Below are positions 1-12,477 of a DNA stretch of 64,000 nucleotides, one piece after another. Source of the stretch: Felis catus (taxonomy: Eukaryota); assembly GCF_018350175.1 (NCBI RefSeq), contig NC_058383.1, positions 11,966,001 through 12,030,000 on the forward strand. Reading direction: 5' to 3'. A program made the position numbers and the translations under genes. The first letter of the stretch is position 1. Each line of letters opens with the position of its first letter. A model generated the notes under the pieces. That model had not been told where the DNA came from. It worked only from the letters and a program-made list of their open reading frames with translations, and ran no database searches.

Positions 1-640
1 TGCCAGTGGACATGTTCAGCCCCTGGAACTCGCATACCCTGCTTGCAGGCACCTGAAACAGAACAACTGCTTTGGAAAGCAGTTGGCAGTTTCTTTAAAA
101 AAAAACATTTTTTTTAACGTTTATTCATCTTTGAGAGACAGAGACAGAGCATGAGCAGAGAAGGGTCAGAGAGAGGGAGACACAGAATCCGAAACAGGCT
201 CCGGGCTCTGAGCAAGCAGTCAGCACAGAGCCCGACGCGGGGCTCGAACGCACCGACCGCGAGATCACGACCTGAGCCGAAGTCGGACGCCCAACCGACC
301 GAGCCACCCAGGCGCCCCAGTTTGGCAGTGTCTTTAAAAGTCAAACATACACTTGCCATACGAGCCAGTCATTCCTCTCCCAAGTATTTCCCCCAAAGAA
401 GTAAGAGCCCGTGTCCTTTCAAAGATGTACACGTGGATATTCCGAGCAGCCTCATTTGTGAGAGTTCAACCCTGGAAACAACCCCAATGCGCACTCAGAG
501 GTGAGCGGATACACAGATGGTAGTATGTCCTTACAGTGAAGTACTAAGCAGCAATCAACAGGAACGAGCTACTGATAAAGGCACCGTCACGAAGAAATCA
601 AAATAATTGTACCGAGTGAATGACGGCAGATGAAACGCGG
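1..640 (+). mobile_element. Old L1 (L1MB/L1MC-like) 3' region, interrupted by a SINE
   Basis: Matches the typical L1 ORF2-end/3'UTR text (ctttggaaagcagttggcag ... cattcctctcccaagtattt ... ctggaaacaaccccaatg), degraded. Confidence 0.8.
107..318 (-). mobile_element. CanSINE (SINEC_Fc-type)
   Basis: Reverse-complement head ...gagccacccaggcgcccc ends at 318; (GA)-rich and polyT tail; degenerate TSD agttggcagtttcttt / agtttggcagtgtcttt. Confidence 0.95.
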
Positions 641-747
641 GTCAAGATACCCCCAAATTAAAACATCACACCAATCAACTTGCATTCTCCACAGTCATTC
701 CATGCTTGTGAAGCACTGACCACATTCCATTTTGAGCTAATGAGTGG

Positions 748-899
748 GTTTTTAAAAAATGTCTATTTGTGAGAGAGAGAGAGAGACAGACAGACAGAGC
801 ATGCGTGGGGGAGGGGCAGAGAGAGCGGGAGACACAGAATCCAAAGCGGGCTCCAGGCTCCGAGCTGTCAGCACAGAGCCTGACTCGGGGGCTTGAACT
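748..899 (-). mobile_element. 5'-truncated CanSINE
   Basis: Tail, (GA)n and body gacacagaatccaaagcgggctccaggctccgagctgtcagcacagagcc present; no intact head. Confidence 0.85.
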
Positions 900-1058
900 T
901 TGCTTTTGCCCTTGAATTTGACGCAAGCAGACCTTGACCAGTCTGAGCCGGCTTACCCCTCTGCCCCTCTTACTCCCACTTTCCCGATTCTGACCCTTCC
1001 CCCATAGACATCGCCAGCGCCGGGTCCCCCACGATATTAGGCAGATAATTAGTTGTGG

Positions 1059-1059
<1 letters not shown>

Positions 1060-1098
<39 letters not shown>
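1060..1098. repeat. (TG)n microsatellite
   Basis: Direct observation. Confidence 0.97.
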
Positions 1099-1099
<1 letters not shown>

Positions 1100-2429
1100 T
1101 CATCCAAGTTTGTGCTGTCTATCAGGCTCTGCGAAATATATATGTTCACTGTCATGCCTATTTAACACAAAAGTCCCTATCTCTGGGGGTAATGTGCCAT
1201 TTTATCAGTAGTTTTCCATCAAGGGCAGATCATAACATCCTAATATTCTCAGCGCTGTTCCTCGGTTCCCCAGGGAATCTCTTTCTCAGGTATTCATCTT
1301 TGCAGCAGTGCTCATTAATATGATAAGGCTCTCTGGTTTTAAACAGCTCTTCAGACCCAAACAGGCCATAATTGAATGGAAGATTTAATTGTTTCCCCCC
1401 TCCCCACCCCCCACCCCCCCCCCCCCCCTCAGCAAACAATCAGGCCGGGAGAGCAAGGAGACCGCAGACAAAACGCCACCGCTCGACTCCGGAATGAAAG
1501 GCGTGTGTTTCCATTCACTCACGGGCAGAAATGTCACTTGGATTTCAGAAGGGCTGACTCGGGGCTCAGTTCGGAGGGGAGCACTATTGAATTCTCCCTT
1601 CTGGCGGGCAGACAGCTCAGCTGCGGGGCTCTCTCTTCCCCCCCACCCCCCCACCCCCCGTCACTCCTGTTGATTTGCCTTCAAGGTGGTCATTCAGAGG
1701 GAGAGAAAAGGCCACGGTTTGCCATTTCAGGCCCAAAGATTTAGCCGTGACCTCCATCTAGCTGCAGCTCTTAGCGGCACGGCTCAGCCCGGAGGCTCCA
1801 GCCCAGGGCGGCACGCCGTGCCTTCGTGTTGTCTTTTGTTCACCCCAAGTAAGATCATCTCCCCGACAGATAATAACTGCCTCCCCCCCAAAAAAAGATC
1901 CCATGGCCGGGGGCCTGGGTGTGATGCATCAGTGGCTCCTCCTGGATCAGCAGCTTCCATACTCCACTACAGGCTCACGTGGTAAGTCATGGTTTTAAGC
2001 TTACTGACAGCGGTGTCCCCTGTCCTTTCTCATCTTCTGCCAGACTCTGCTCTGTCCCTCCGCAGGCACTCGACCTTCCAGCTCTCTGCATTCTACAGAA
2101 TGCTGGAAAACTTCACAAAAACCCAAGTTTTCAACTCGTGTTGTTGCTCTCAGAAAATGGGGGAGGGCATGGCTGGGGACTGTAGGGACCATGTTCGTTG
2201 CCATTTTGAAGGACTTAGAATCATAGATTGCTTGTACTCTGGTTTCAGGAGAGGCATGGCTATTGGCCAGGGAGCAGAACGTAAGCTGAGACACGTTTCT
2301 AGCGACACTGGAGCCATATCTCCCTATCTGGAGAGGAAAGGAAATCCCAGAACGTCGCAGGTGCCTCGGTCCGTGGTAGGCGTCAAAACATGTCTTAAAG
2401 CCAAGCGATGCTGATTTTGGAAGGAGCCA

Positions 2430-4057
2430 TGCCCAAATTCACGTCCACCGTGATCATTAAGGAAGATAAGACCCATTGTCCCTAGAAAGCCTGGTAGAGA
2501 TTGTTAGAAGTTTATGCAAAACGTACACATGGCTAAAAAGCCCATATCCGTTTCTTCATGGATGTATTACTTCTGTCCAGGCAGGAAAGCAGGTACATTT
2601 CTGTAACTAGTCACTGTTGATGTTTATAACTTTCCTCTTCACTACCATTCCACGCTCCCTCTGTCTTCAGTCAGATCCCAAACCGACCTCATGTGATGCT
2701 GTGAGCCTTTGTTCCTGAAGGGTCTGAATATTGAGTGGCCCTGCCCTTATTTGATTGGTAGAGTTTTCTACTGAGCGTGAAACTGAGAAGTGGCTTCTCC
2801 AGAGAATCCCAAGGGTGAAGCATGACCTGGAATGTCACTTTTATGTAGCTGCAACCCTAAAAAAAATCAAGATCTGTCACTTCAGCGGACAGAATAGCAG
2901 CCTTCGTTGTCCATTCATTCAATGGCATGAGGAGCCCCAAATGGCCAGGCGGTGGACTAAACTTGCTACTTAACGGAACCATAGCTGTGCACCTTGTGGG
3001 AAGCATTCCTCTGCTGGGAATTAAGCATCAAGTGTCAAGGATGGAAACAAATATCTGCAAGTTGATCATCTGGGGTGTTAATTCACAGACCCCTGCATTC
3101 AGGCTATGAGAGTAATGGCACCAGACATCGGTCGTTTCTTGAAAGTGTCTTTAACGTCAGGTTTTCAGAGTTCTCTCTCCCAACTGGCGGTATAATCAAC
3201 TCTTCAGCAAGCCATTTCCCCATCTATCTGACCAACGGCTTCCGTGTAATGTGATACATGGTAAGACTCGTAAATTCCACGGGCGTGAATCCATGGGCAC
3301 ACTTATCTTGCCATGAAATAGGTTCTTCCTTCGGCAGCAACGCTGTGTGGCACACAGCGACTGAGAATAAGGCATTAACAAGCCCATGGGTTTTGGCACA
3401 AGCATTGACAGAAGAGAAGGCACATGTGTAACTATCCTAGTGTGGACAAATCACCGCCTTCTTCCTACTGGAAAGAGATCAGTGCAGATGGTCTGTCACC
3501 AAGTGGCTATCTGGTCACCCGGGAGAAAGGCACCAAAGCAGGGCTCAACACTGGCCTTTGCCGTTGGAAGTTTAAGTCCTCAGACCATATTGGTGAGCCA
3601 ATACACAGCCTTTGTCTGTGTCCTCACGGGCACTTTGTACATCTGACCGTCATCTGTAGAATGTGTCATCTTGCCCACGGGATTATCGAGAGCCTTCCCT
3701 GCGGTGCACGGCCTTTGCTTTGCGTGCACATGCAACAAAAGTGTATTTCCACACTGTACTCACCCAATACCTTTTCCCCAGACGTTTTGTTGCCAGTCTT
3801 CCAACTCTATACCTTCTGATTCCTGACCAGCCGGCCAGACACTTCGCTACTGCACGTGAATCAGGATGTATCCAAATTGCCGATCGCTCGGTCCAATCAA
3901 AGCGGACGGACAACTGCCCCAAGCTTTGCCGTTGCGGAAGATTGGCCTTTATCGGGTATCTTTCCAGAACATTCCTGATCAGAGCTGGCACACCACAGCC
4001 GTTCATTTCACATTGGTGGCAGCACACTGTGCAGAGAAATCTGTGACTCGGATCCAG

Positions 4058-4088
<31 letters not shown>

Positions 4089-4390
4089 GTTTTGTTTTCA
4101 GTAAACCAGTCATCTTGGAGGCCATAGATGTGGATCGAGGGAAAGTAGTCTCTGCAGCGGGAATCGATGACATAGGAATCTGGGCCTCCTGTTCACTCAA
4201 CTTACCTCCCTTTCGGACCTGCTTAACCCGGAGCTCTTTCATAACGCTCCAACTTGATGGGAGATGGTTGCTGTGCATACCCCAAGGTGGTGGGCCAGTG
4301 AATAGCCAGTTTATAGTTGGTAGAGTAACAGATGCTTTGGCGCTCTGCCTGGATCTCGACGCTCATCATGTCGGGACCTACCACTTTCTC
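2430..4390 (-). mobile_element. Decayed ERV-L-class internal region (RNase H - integrase - dUTPase)
   Basis: Minus frame 3024..2857 reads LIPSRGMLPTRCTAMVPLSSKFSPPPGHLGLLMPLNEWTTKAAILSAEVTDLDFF, resembling ERV-L dUTPase (GGMLPPGD..PLNWKLRLPPGHFGLL). ORF 3196..3423 ends GNGLLKS, like the ERV-L integrase WNGLLK motif. RNase H-like text near 3950-4060. Many frameshifts. Confidence 0.85.
4061..4099. repeat. (TTTTG)n microsatellite inside the ERV-L remnant
   Basis: Direct observation. Confidence 0.95.
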
Positions 4391-4394
4391 CTGT

Positions 4395-4743
4395 GGTCTC
4401 CAGTGATTCTCTATGGGAATCTGAGCACACAGCAGGCCAGAGTGCAGAGCACTGGGAACAGCTAAATGACAAATGGGAGTTGGAGAGTCAGGACACCAGC
4501 TTCCTCATCCCTTGGGTTAGGATGTTCCGGAGAGGCTCGCCAGGGTCTCCAGTGGGATTAACCACTGTGAGTTGTGCCCAGTTCAAAACTCATGAATGTG
4601 CCCATATTCCCTTCCCTCTCTTCCCTGCCTCGTATTTCCACTTCTTGTCTTTACCACTGCTTCCTGGAATCACCTTGCAAACAAACCATACGTATCCAAA
4701 TCCTGTCTCCAGGTATGCTCCTGGGGGAACCCGGGCGACGGCA
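4395..4743 (+). mobile_element. LTR16-like ERVL LTR
   Basis: 3' end ...cttcctggaatcaccttgcaaacaaacc...caaatcctgtctccaggtatgctcctgggggaaccc resembles the LTR16 terminus. Confidence 0.65.
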
Positions 4744-6636
4744 GATAGCTCAAATTGCACATAACTTGATGTCAGGTTCTCAGGTGTGAGAAACAACACA
4801 TAGAATGGGAAGAGTTTCAGAGACAATCGAACCACTGAAGTAAGCTTGATTTTGTTATTCCAACCCCCATTTTCTCCACACCAACACTGCTCAAAACCAA
4901 GACGAAAGGGAGAAAACAAACCAATCTGTAGACTTTCATCAAACTTACACCCCACCAGGACCCACACCGGTCACCCCAGAGTTATGCAGAATCATTTTGC
5001 TGTCTCACGGAACAACTTCACATGCGCACTTTGCCAAGAGGAAATCTTGGTTCTCTCCTTGAATATTTGCTACTCAATTTGCATTCCTGTTCAGAAAATG
5101 CCTTCTCCAGCCATCTATGGAGGGTCTCCAAACATTCCACTCCCTCATTTCTCCACGGGGCTGCCCATACCACGTTGGCAGACTCAGACCACAGGTTGGA
5201 AGTCTTTCATTAAACAAATGGATTAAAGGCAGAATTGATGCAAGTTTCAATTCTTGTAACTGTGAAATGGCTTTTATCTGATTAAATTTCATGCAGAAAA
5301 CAATGATGAAACTGGGACAAACAGAACAAAACAAAACAAAAAGGCAACGGATCATGTTTCTGTTGGCACCGGAGAATGATCAAAAGCAGGCAGAAATTGG
5401 AATGGAGTCAACCCTTGAATGAAAGAAAATGCACTAGGTGAGAGCTATGTTTATACAGTTTTTCCCCTGAGGACTACCCCAGTATGCTCAATGTAGGTTG
5501 CCTAGAACTCAAACAAAAATATCCAGCCTTTCAGCCTAAAGTATCAGAGGGAAGGATTTTGGGGGTTCCAGAGTAGCTACAAATTTAGGGAGAGGAGAAT
5601 GTTTAAAAGGAAAGATCTACAGAAAGAGGAGTGCCCCAATTTACATGTAAACTCCCCCCAAATCCTAATGTCGTCTGAATTACGTACATGTGAGGGGGGA
5701 GTGGTGTTGCCAAGACCCTCGAGAGAAAGCAAAGGATGGAAATTAAAAAACTTGAGCAGAGGTTTCAGCTGTGACCTACCTGAGGAGCAGTGGAGTTCAG
5801 AGTTTGAACACCACCAAGTTACAGAGGATTGGTAAACATCTCAGATTTCTGCTGATTTCTAAGGGCAATGCTTTAAACGACGATTTCCCAGAACTAAGGC
5901 TCCATCCAAAGACTAAAAGAAAAACTAAAAGTGACCCACACTAACAAAGGATAAAACAAAACATCCACAAGTTCAAGTAAATTAGTAAGAAATTAGATCA
6001 CCTGGTAGAGCAAAAATCAACTCATCCAAGGAATATACCAGAATCCAGAGTTTCTGCAACATCTACAATGTCCCGTACACAATAAACAATTACTGGACAG
6101 GGGAAGGGCAATGCAGTGTGATTCATAGTCAGGAGAAAACTCAATCAATAGACTAAGACCATACATAGCTATGTTGTTATTAACAAACACAGACTTTGAA
6201 GCAGTAATTACATATATGGTCAGGAATGTAAAGTAAAAGATAGTTATAATTGGTGAATGGAAGAGGAATACCAACGGAAAAACAGGAACCATAAGAAAAG
6301 AGCCAAAGTTAAATTCTAGAACTTTAAAAATAACATTTGAAATCAAAAATTTACTGGACAGACTAAGTAGCAGATTAGAAACATACAGGAAAGTCGCTAG
6401 AAACTGGAAACAGAAAAAAAAATTGGGGAAAAACTCAAGAAGTTCTCAGAAACATATGGGAAAATAGAAAATACTTGAAAATACGTGTAATTGCCACCCC
6501 TAAAGGGGATTTTTAAAAAAAGGACTGGAAAAATATATGAAGTAATTGTTGACTTTATAATTTTTGGTGAAAACCGTTACCTTACACATCCAAGAAACTC
6601 CATGAACCTTCAGTAGGCTAAGTATAAAGAAAACCA

Positions 6637-6847
6637 GGGGCACCTGGGTGGTTCAGTTGGTTAAACGTCCAACTTCAGCTCAGGTCACGATCTCACAGTT
6701 GGTGAGTTCAAGCCCCGCGTCAGGTTCTATGCTGACAGCTCGGAGCCTGGAGCCTGCCTCGCATTCTGTGTCTCCCTCTCTCTCTGCCTCTCCTGTGCTC
6801 ACACTGCGTCTCTCTCAAAAATAAATAAACATTCAAAATTTAAAAAA
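6637..6847 (+). mobile_element. CanSINE
   Basis: Head ggggcacctgggtgg; TSD aaagaaaacca at 6626-6636 and 6848-6858. Confidence 0.95.
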
Positions 6848-7233
6848 AAAGAAAACCATAAGTAGGTCATCATAGTTCCACTTCTGGAAACCAAACAGAA
6901 TAAAAAAAAAAGGTCTTCAAGGCAGCCAGAGAGATGTGACACATGATATACAGGGGAACAATGATACTATTTATAAATGACTTCTCTTTTGGAACAATAG
7001 GGATCAGGAGACAAAGGAATGTCTACCTAGAACTCTGCGTCTAGTAAAAATATTCTTTGAATGTGAAGGCAAAATAAAGACATTTCAGGTAAACAAAATA
7101 TGAGAGAATTCCTAGTCAAAACAGCTGTATTTTAAAAGAATGTTAAAGAAGTTTCTTCAGCCTAAAAATAAGGGAAACCAGATGGAAACTCAATAGTATA
7201 GAAAGGAACAAAGAACACCAGAAATGGTAAGTC

Positions 7234-7861
7234 GAGTCAGTCCTTACTATTCGTAGAATTCATGCATGTGAATTGACCCGTTCGCTAAAATTTACGTGTG
7301 ATCGAGAAACAAACCCTCGCGGCTCCTTTGCAGTCCTTCAGGGACATGTGCAGAGTGGCAGAAAGTGTGAGTTGCCTGATATGCATGTTCCCAGCTGTGG
7401 TGACTCTCTGCTTTCTTGTTTCAGCTCTCAACGTACAAACAAACGATCTCTGAACGTTTTATTTACCGCCACGTTTTTCACGTCTTTGCTTTTTCTCGGG
7501 GATTTTGCCATTTCAAATGGCCCCTTAAGTGTAGCACTCAAGAGCTGGCCAGTGTTCCTAAGTGTAAGCGGGCTACGCCATGAGAAAATATGTGTGGGGG
7601 TAAGCTCTGTTCAGGCATGAGTCACAGCACTGTTGGCCATAGTCAATGTTCACGAATCAACAATATGTATGAACTAAGGTGTCTTTAAACATAAACCCAC
7701 ATAAAACAAGGTTAGCTATTGATGACTGGACAAAAATGTTGTGACCAGAGTCTCGCAGGAACCTAACCCCGTATCTGCCGTAGGAACGAAAGCTCAGTAT
7801 TCACTCACTCACTCGATAGCAACTTGACAGAATATTACCACGAATAATGGAGTATCAGCTG
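7234..7861 (+). mobile_element. MER6A-like TcMar-Tigger DNA transposon
   Basis: Internal text gctaaaattt...ggacatgtgcagagtggc...atgttcccagctg...ctctgctttcttgtttcagctctca; ends ...cagctg followed by TA. Confidence 0.8.
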
Positions 7862-8524
7862 TATATGGGTAGAGCCATCAATCATTTCTTGTTAGCTTCT
7901 TTAAAGACACATGACTATTTAGTGATTTAGTGCAAGAATGTTAATACTGTTTTGTGGCTCTATAAAATAAGTAGACGTAAAATACAGTACATAGGGAAAC
8001 AGTGAACAGAATGATATGGTACTGTTGGCGTGTTCTTGCATTTTATGTGAATATTAAATCTAATATTAAATTAGAATAATTAGAATTAGAATTAAATCTA
8101 ATATTAAATCTAAGTAGAATATAATAAGGTTGCATGTTATAATCCTTAGAGTACCCACTAGAAGACTGATATGAGAAAAGAACTAGCTTAAGAGGCTATT
8201 AGTGAATTTAAATGGAATATCAAGAATATTTGGTCAATTCAAAGAGGTCAGGAGAGAGGGAACTAAAACCAGATGGGACAAATATAAAACAGTGACATAA
8301 CTGACCTAAATATAACCATAGATCAATGAATACACTAAATGTAAATAAACAAAATCCTCAGATTGAAAAGTAATGAATATCGGACAGGATTTAAAAACAG
8401 GATGAATGAGCAAATAAACGAATGAACCAACCATCTCAGAAAAATGGATCAATGGGATTAGTGAATACTTTGTCCTTACTGGAAACCATTTAAAGAACTA
8501 CCATCCGCCATTTTCAGTTCACAC

Positions 8525-9210
8525 AGTGTGATGGTGAGCATGACCCCACTTCTGGCTCCAAAACGGGGCACGTTACCCAAATATGGGCAGTCAGAGCACA
8601 GTTTATCCCTCACTACAGTGACTGATTAAGAAACATATTACCCAGTGGCGCCTGGGTGGCTCAGTCGGTTAAGTGCCCGACTTCGGCTCAGGTCATGATC
8701 TCGCGGTCCGTGAGTTCGAGCCCCGTGTCAGGCTCTGTGCGGACAGCTTGGAGCCTGGAGCCTGCCTTGGATTCCGTGTCTCCCTCTCTCTCTGCCCCTC
8801 TCCCACTCATGCTCTGTCTCTCTCTGTCTCAAAAATAAAAAACATAAAAAAAAAAAAAAGAAACATACTACCCAAACTCTACTAATATGAGTCAGAGACA
8901 ATACTTTTGCTAGAATGCGGGAGAAGAGAAGCCCTTTTCTCACAAGTTTCGAAGGTGATAAAATGTGCACCCGTGTCTACCAGTGGCCATCCTTGCCTAT
9001 TTAATGGCGAGAGCAACACAGAAAAAGCAGAACTGAAAGGTCTAGATGTGTTTCTGAAGTCATTATTTTATCCATCTGGATTCAGACATGCCTGTAGCCA
9101 TATACACTCTGTCCTTTTAATCATTCAGAGAGAAATAAAGCAAAATTAAAAAAAAAAAAGAACGCTTTTTTGGTTACTGTTGTTTTCAGCCAAAAGAGCC
9201 CTAATTAACC
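8525..9210 (+). mobile_element. Old MaLR (MLT1J/K-like) LTR with nested SINE
   Basis: Degenerate MLT1-like text ending ...ttttcagccaaaagagccctaattaa. Confidence 0.45.
8645..8857 (+). mobile_element. CanSINE
   Basis: Full-length; 17-bp TSD aagaaacata(t/c)taccca at 8628-8644 and 8858-8874. Confidence 0.96.
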
Positions 9211-10834
9211 CAAGTAGCAAGCCAATTTGTTTTCCAAATAATCCCCCCTATTGGTTGAAATAAGATGTATCTGCGAAATGAGTTTGTTTCTAATTTCTGA
9301 CCCATTTTCTTCAACCATGAAGATCCTTGCAAACTCATACACCAGAAATGATATAGAGAGTTGCCTTCAACTCTTCACAATTGATGGATATTGTTCACGA
9401 AAACACTGTGCCCTCTAATTTCCACATGACATGTTAGTAGGCCCCCGAGGGTGTGCTCTCAACCGACCGCTGCTTCCTCTCAGCTGCTCCCCTTAGAAGA
9501 ATTCTCTACCTTTCCCCCCAGATTATTTATTCCGTGTCCATGGCTATGGGATGACGTATAGGAGTATTAATCCTCTTCCCCCACGACTTACATACACGGA
9601 GCCTAGAGCCAGGCGCGTTTCAAGGAGCTCCCTACTTGCCTATCGTTGATGTTTCGGGGGACTTGGCATAACCAATAATTTGTATGGTTAGAAAGGGAGA
9701 TTATCCCCTAACCTTCGTACATTACCTTCCGAATAGTTGACTCTCTCGTGTCTCTTCCCCCGGTGATGAAAGAATGAGTTTTCGGGGACTTGCAAAATTA
9801 GCCTTGTCTGTGTTTCAGGATCTTGCTCTTCCTCAACAACGGGCGGCTGTCACAGATGCAGAGACCAAGTCTGATGCCAGTGGATTAAGAAACCTACACC
9901 GATGTGGGTATCGTCCAGTCATCAGCACTCACTCCGCACTCGATCCCAGAAGCTGCAGCGGGAGGTTTCACGAGTGAAAACAAAATGGCCAAAGAGTTCT
10001 GAGTTTATTCGTACAACATGGCAAATCCTCAGTAAATGCCCAGTGGATCCAATCGACGACCTGTTGGACCAGACTTGGGTGCAAAGCCCACCAGCATAAT
10101 GAGGAGGTGGATGGGGCTGGGACAAGCGGGAAGGAGACTGAAGGTCTAGGGAAGAGAAAGAAGGCGGCCCTTGTCCTCACACATTTACGTGACCTCGAGA
10201 GTTGGCAGCCTGTGGTTGAGCCATAGCTGCCTCGCTTGCTTTGCCTTGGTCCTGGCCTTGAGTGCTGGTCATACATTACAAGCAAAGAGGGACGGATAAA
10301 CTCTTCTGAGCATTCAGAGCAATGTGCTCCAAGGACCAGGAACACGAAAGCAGGTGTAGTTAGAGAAGAAGAAAGAAGTGAGTCCTTTCAGGAACGTAGG
10401 AGGGTGAGGGGAGGGGAGCAGAAGATAAGCCAAGAAGTGTGGGCTGTAGCCAAATGGGGAAGGGTCTTCTAGGCCGTGCTGAGGATCTTTGACTGGTGAC
10501 CATAGACAAAGAGGGAACAAATACAGTCTTCAAGTTCAAGGTTGTTTTTAAAGGCTCCCTGTGATAAAGTGCTATGGGAAAATGGCTTGGGGAGGAAAAC
10601 CAAAGCTAGGATAAGCCTGGTTGGAAGCTGCACTCATGGGGTGCCCGGATGGAGCCGACGTCTCTTGGACCTGGTCCCGGAGAAACGTGTCTGATGAGGA
10701 TAGGCCACATGTAACTCAGCGGTCTCTAGGCTGGGCAAGTAAGTGGGTGATTCTGTCCCCGAAGGAAGACGAGGTCGAGAGGTGATAAAGGAAGCAAGCC
10801 GGTCACATTGAGTTTGGGGCACGTTTTGAAACAT

Positions 10835-11203
10835 TTAGGTTGTGTCTGACTGTGGTAACAACAATGCCAGAGACAAGGCAGCTTGAACAACAGACATGTA
10901 TCTCTCATAGTTCCGGAGGCTGGGACGTCCACGATCAAGGAGCTGGCAGATGGGTTTCCTGGTGAGACTTCTGTCTTGTAGACATCTGCCCTCTTGCTGT
11001 GTCCTCACACGGCTTTTCCTTTCCTTTGTAAATGGCGGAGGGGAGGAGACAGACAGGAAGCTCAAGTGTATGAATCCCATTATGGCTCTACCCTCATGGC
11101 TCCCTAATTACCCCCCAAAGGCCCCATCTACCGACCACCCCAATGGGAGTTAGGGTTTCAACATGTGAAATCTGGGGACAACAAAGAAAACTCAGTCCAC
11201 AGA
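10835..11203 (-). mobile_element. MLT1A-like MaLR LTR
   Basis: tctcatagttccggaggctgggacgtcc ... tagggtttcaacatgtgaaatctgggg...ctcagtccac is the reverse complement of the MLT1A pattern. Confidence 0.8.
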
Positions 11204-11898
11204 AGCGCGGCGAACTTTTGGATTTTAGTTGGCAGGAAAGCCAGGCTCCGTTCCTTGGCACTCGATAAACAGAGCTGTCTTTAATCTGGTTTTCATATTT
11301 TCACAGCCGGCCACCAGGACGTGATGGGCAAATGAGATCTCACCCGTGACTTGAACTGCTTCAGCTCAGGAAATAGAATGCAATTCCCGGTTCTACTTGG
11401 CCAAAAAAAAAAAAAAAAACCCACAAAAACAAAAACAAAAAAAAAACCCAAAAAAATGAGCACGTTTCTCCCTGGAAGGCCAGTGCCGACCCCACGGCCC
11501 CAGCTGACAATCTCGTGGCTTTGGAAATTCATGTAAAGTGTCTCCAGGGCCTCCAGGGCCTTACCATTTTTCATAACCTTTATTTTCAAATCAACCCCTT
11601 GCTTCTGATCCCCCAGGCCCCCGCCGAAGAAAAGGCGATATATTTTAGAACAAAAGCATACGCACACTCCACGGAACAGCTCTACTGTGTTCGCCACATG
11701 TCAAATTCTTCCACTACCTGTTTTCAGAACTAACCTTTCCTCTCCTCCTCCCACAGCATCCCCCAAAGAAATTCCCATATTACTGTTACTTTGACATCTT
11801 TGGGGTCTCCGGGTTCGGAGGGGGGCGCAGCATGGCTCAGGGTTGATTTCCAAAGCCATAGGTGAAATGCATTTTTTGTTCATTCTACCTCTTATTAG

Positions 11899-11904
<6 letters not shown>

Positions 11905-11940
<36 letters not shown>
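11905..11940. repeat. (CA)n microsatellite
   Basis: Direct observation. Confidence 0.97.
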
Positions 11941-11943
<3 letters not shown>

Positions 11944-12273
11944 TTTTTCTCAATTATGAACGTAACAAGCGAGCGAGAATTTTACCTTCCGTAGGACCCC
12001 CGCCCCCCTGTGGAATTTCTTAGCCCTCACATCCTGGGCAGGGTCTGTGCTCAGAGCCCCCATGCAGGGACAGCTCTTAGCACATTCTTCCTAACTGTTG
12101 ATTTCCTCTACTGGCTCCCCCATGAGAACTGGCTCTTGGTGAGTACAAACTATTTTACATCCAGGGCCTAGGACAGCAGAAGGCACGGGGTGCCTTCTGT
12201 ACGTAAGTGCCTTTGCGCCAAGTGAAGGGCGGAAAAAAAGAAAGGGGCTTCTGGTGTTGAATCAAACGCTCCA

Positions 12274-12477
12274 GGGGCGCCTGGGTGGCTCAGTCGGTTG
12301 AGCGACCTCAGAGTTCGTGGGTTCGAGTCCCCCCGTCGGGCTCTGTGCCGACAGCTGGGAGCCCGGAACCTGCTTCGGATTCTGTGTCTCCCTCTCTCTC
12401 TGCCCCTCCCCCGCTCGTGCTCTGTCGCTCTATCTCTCAAAAATGAATAGATGTGAAAACAAAATTAAAAAAAAAAA
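12274..12477 (+). mobile_element. CanSINE with a small internal deletion in the head
   Basis: ggggcgcctgggtggctcagtcgg head, CT-rich body, A tail; degenerate TSD aaacgctcca/aaatgttcca. Confidence 0.93.

Larger units (their letters stand above)
5380..8400 (+). mobile_element. Old L1 5' portion (5'UTR, ORF1 remnant, start of ORF2), with nested SINE and MER6
   Basis: A-rich strand; ORF1 C-terminal-like text at 7021-7110 (gaaggcaaaataaagacattt); ORF2 start-like acactaaatgtaaat...ttgaaaag near 8332-8370. Confidence 0.75.

Noticed and set aside
3866-4465. 199-aa plus-strand ORF
   Set aside because: Antisense to decayed ERV-L pol and runs through a (TTTTG)n repeat
11516-11858. 13-bp perfect inverted repeat TGGCTTTGGAAAT / ATTTCCAAAGCCA about 330 bp apart
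   Set aside because: A match this long at this spacing is roughly expected by chance in 64 kb; no TSD or MITE similarity
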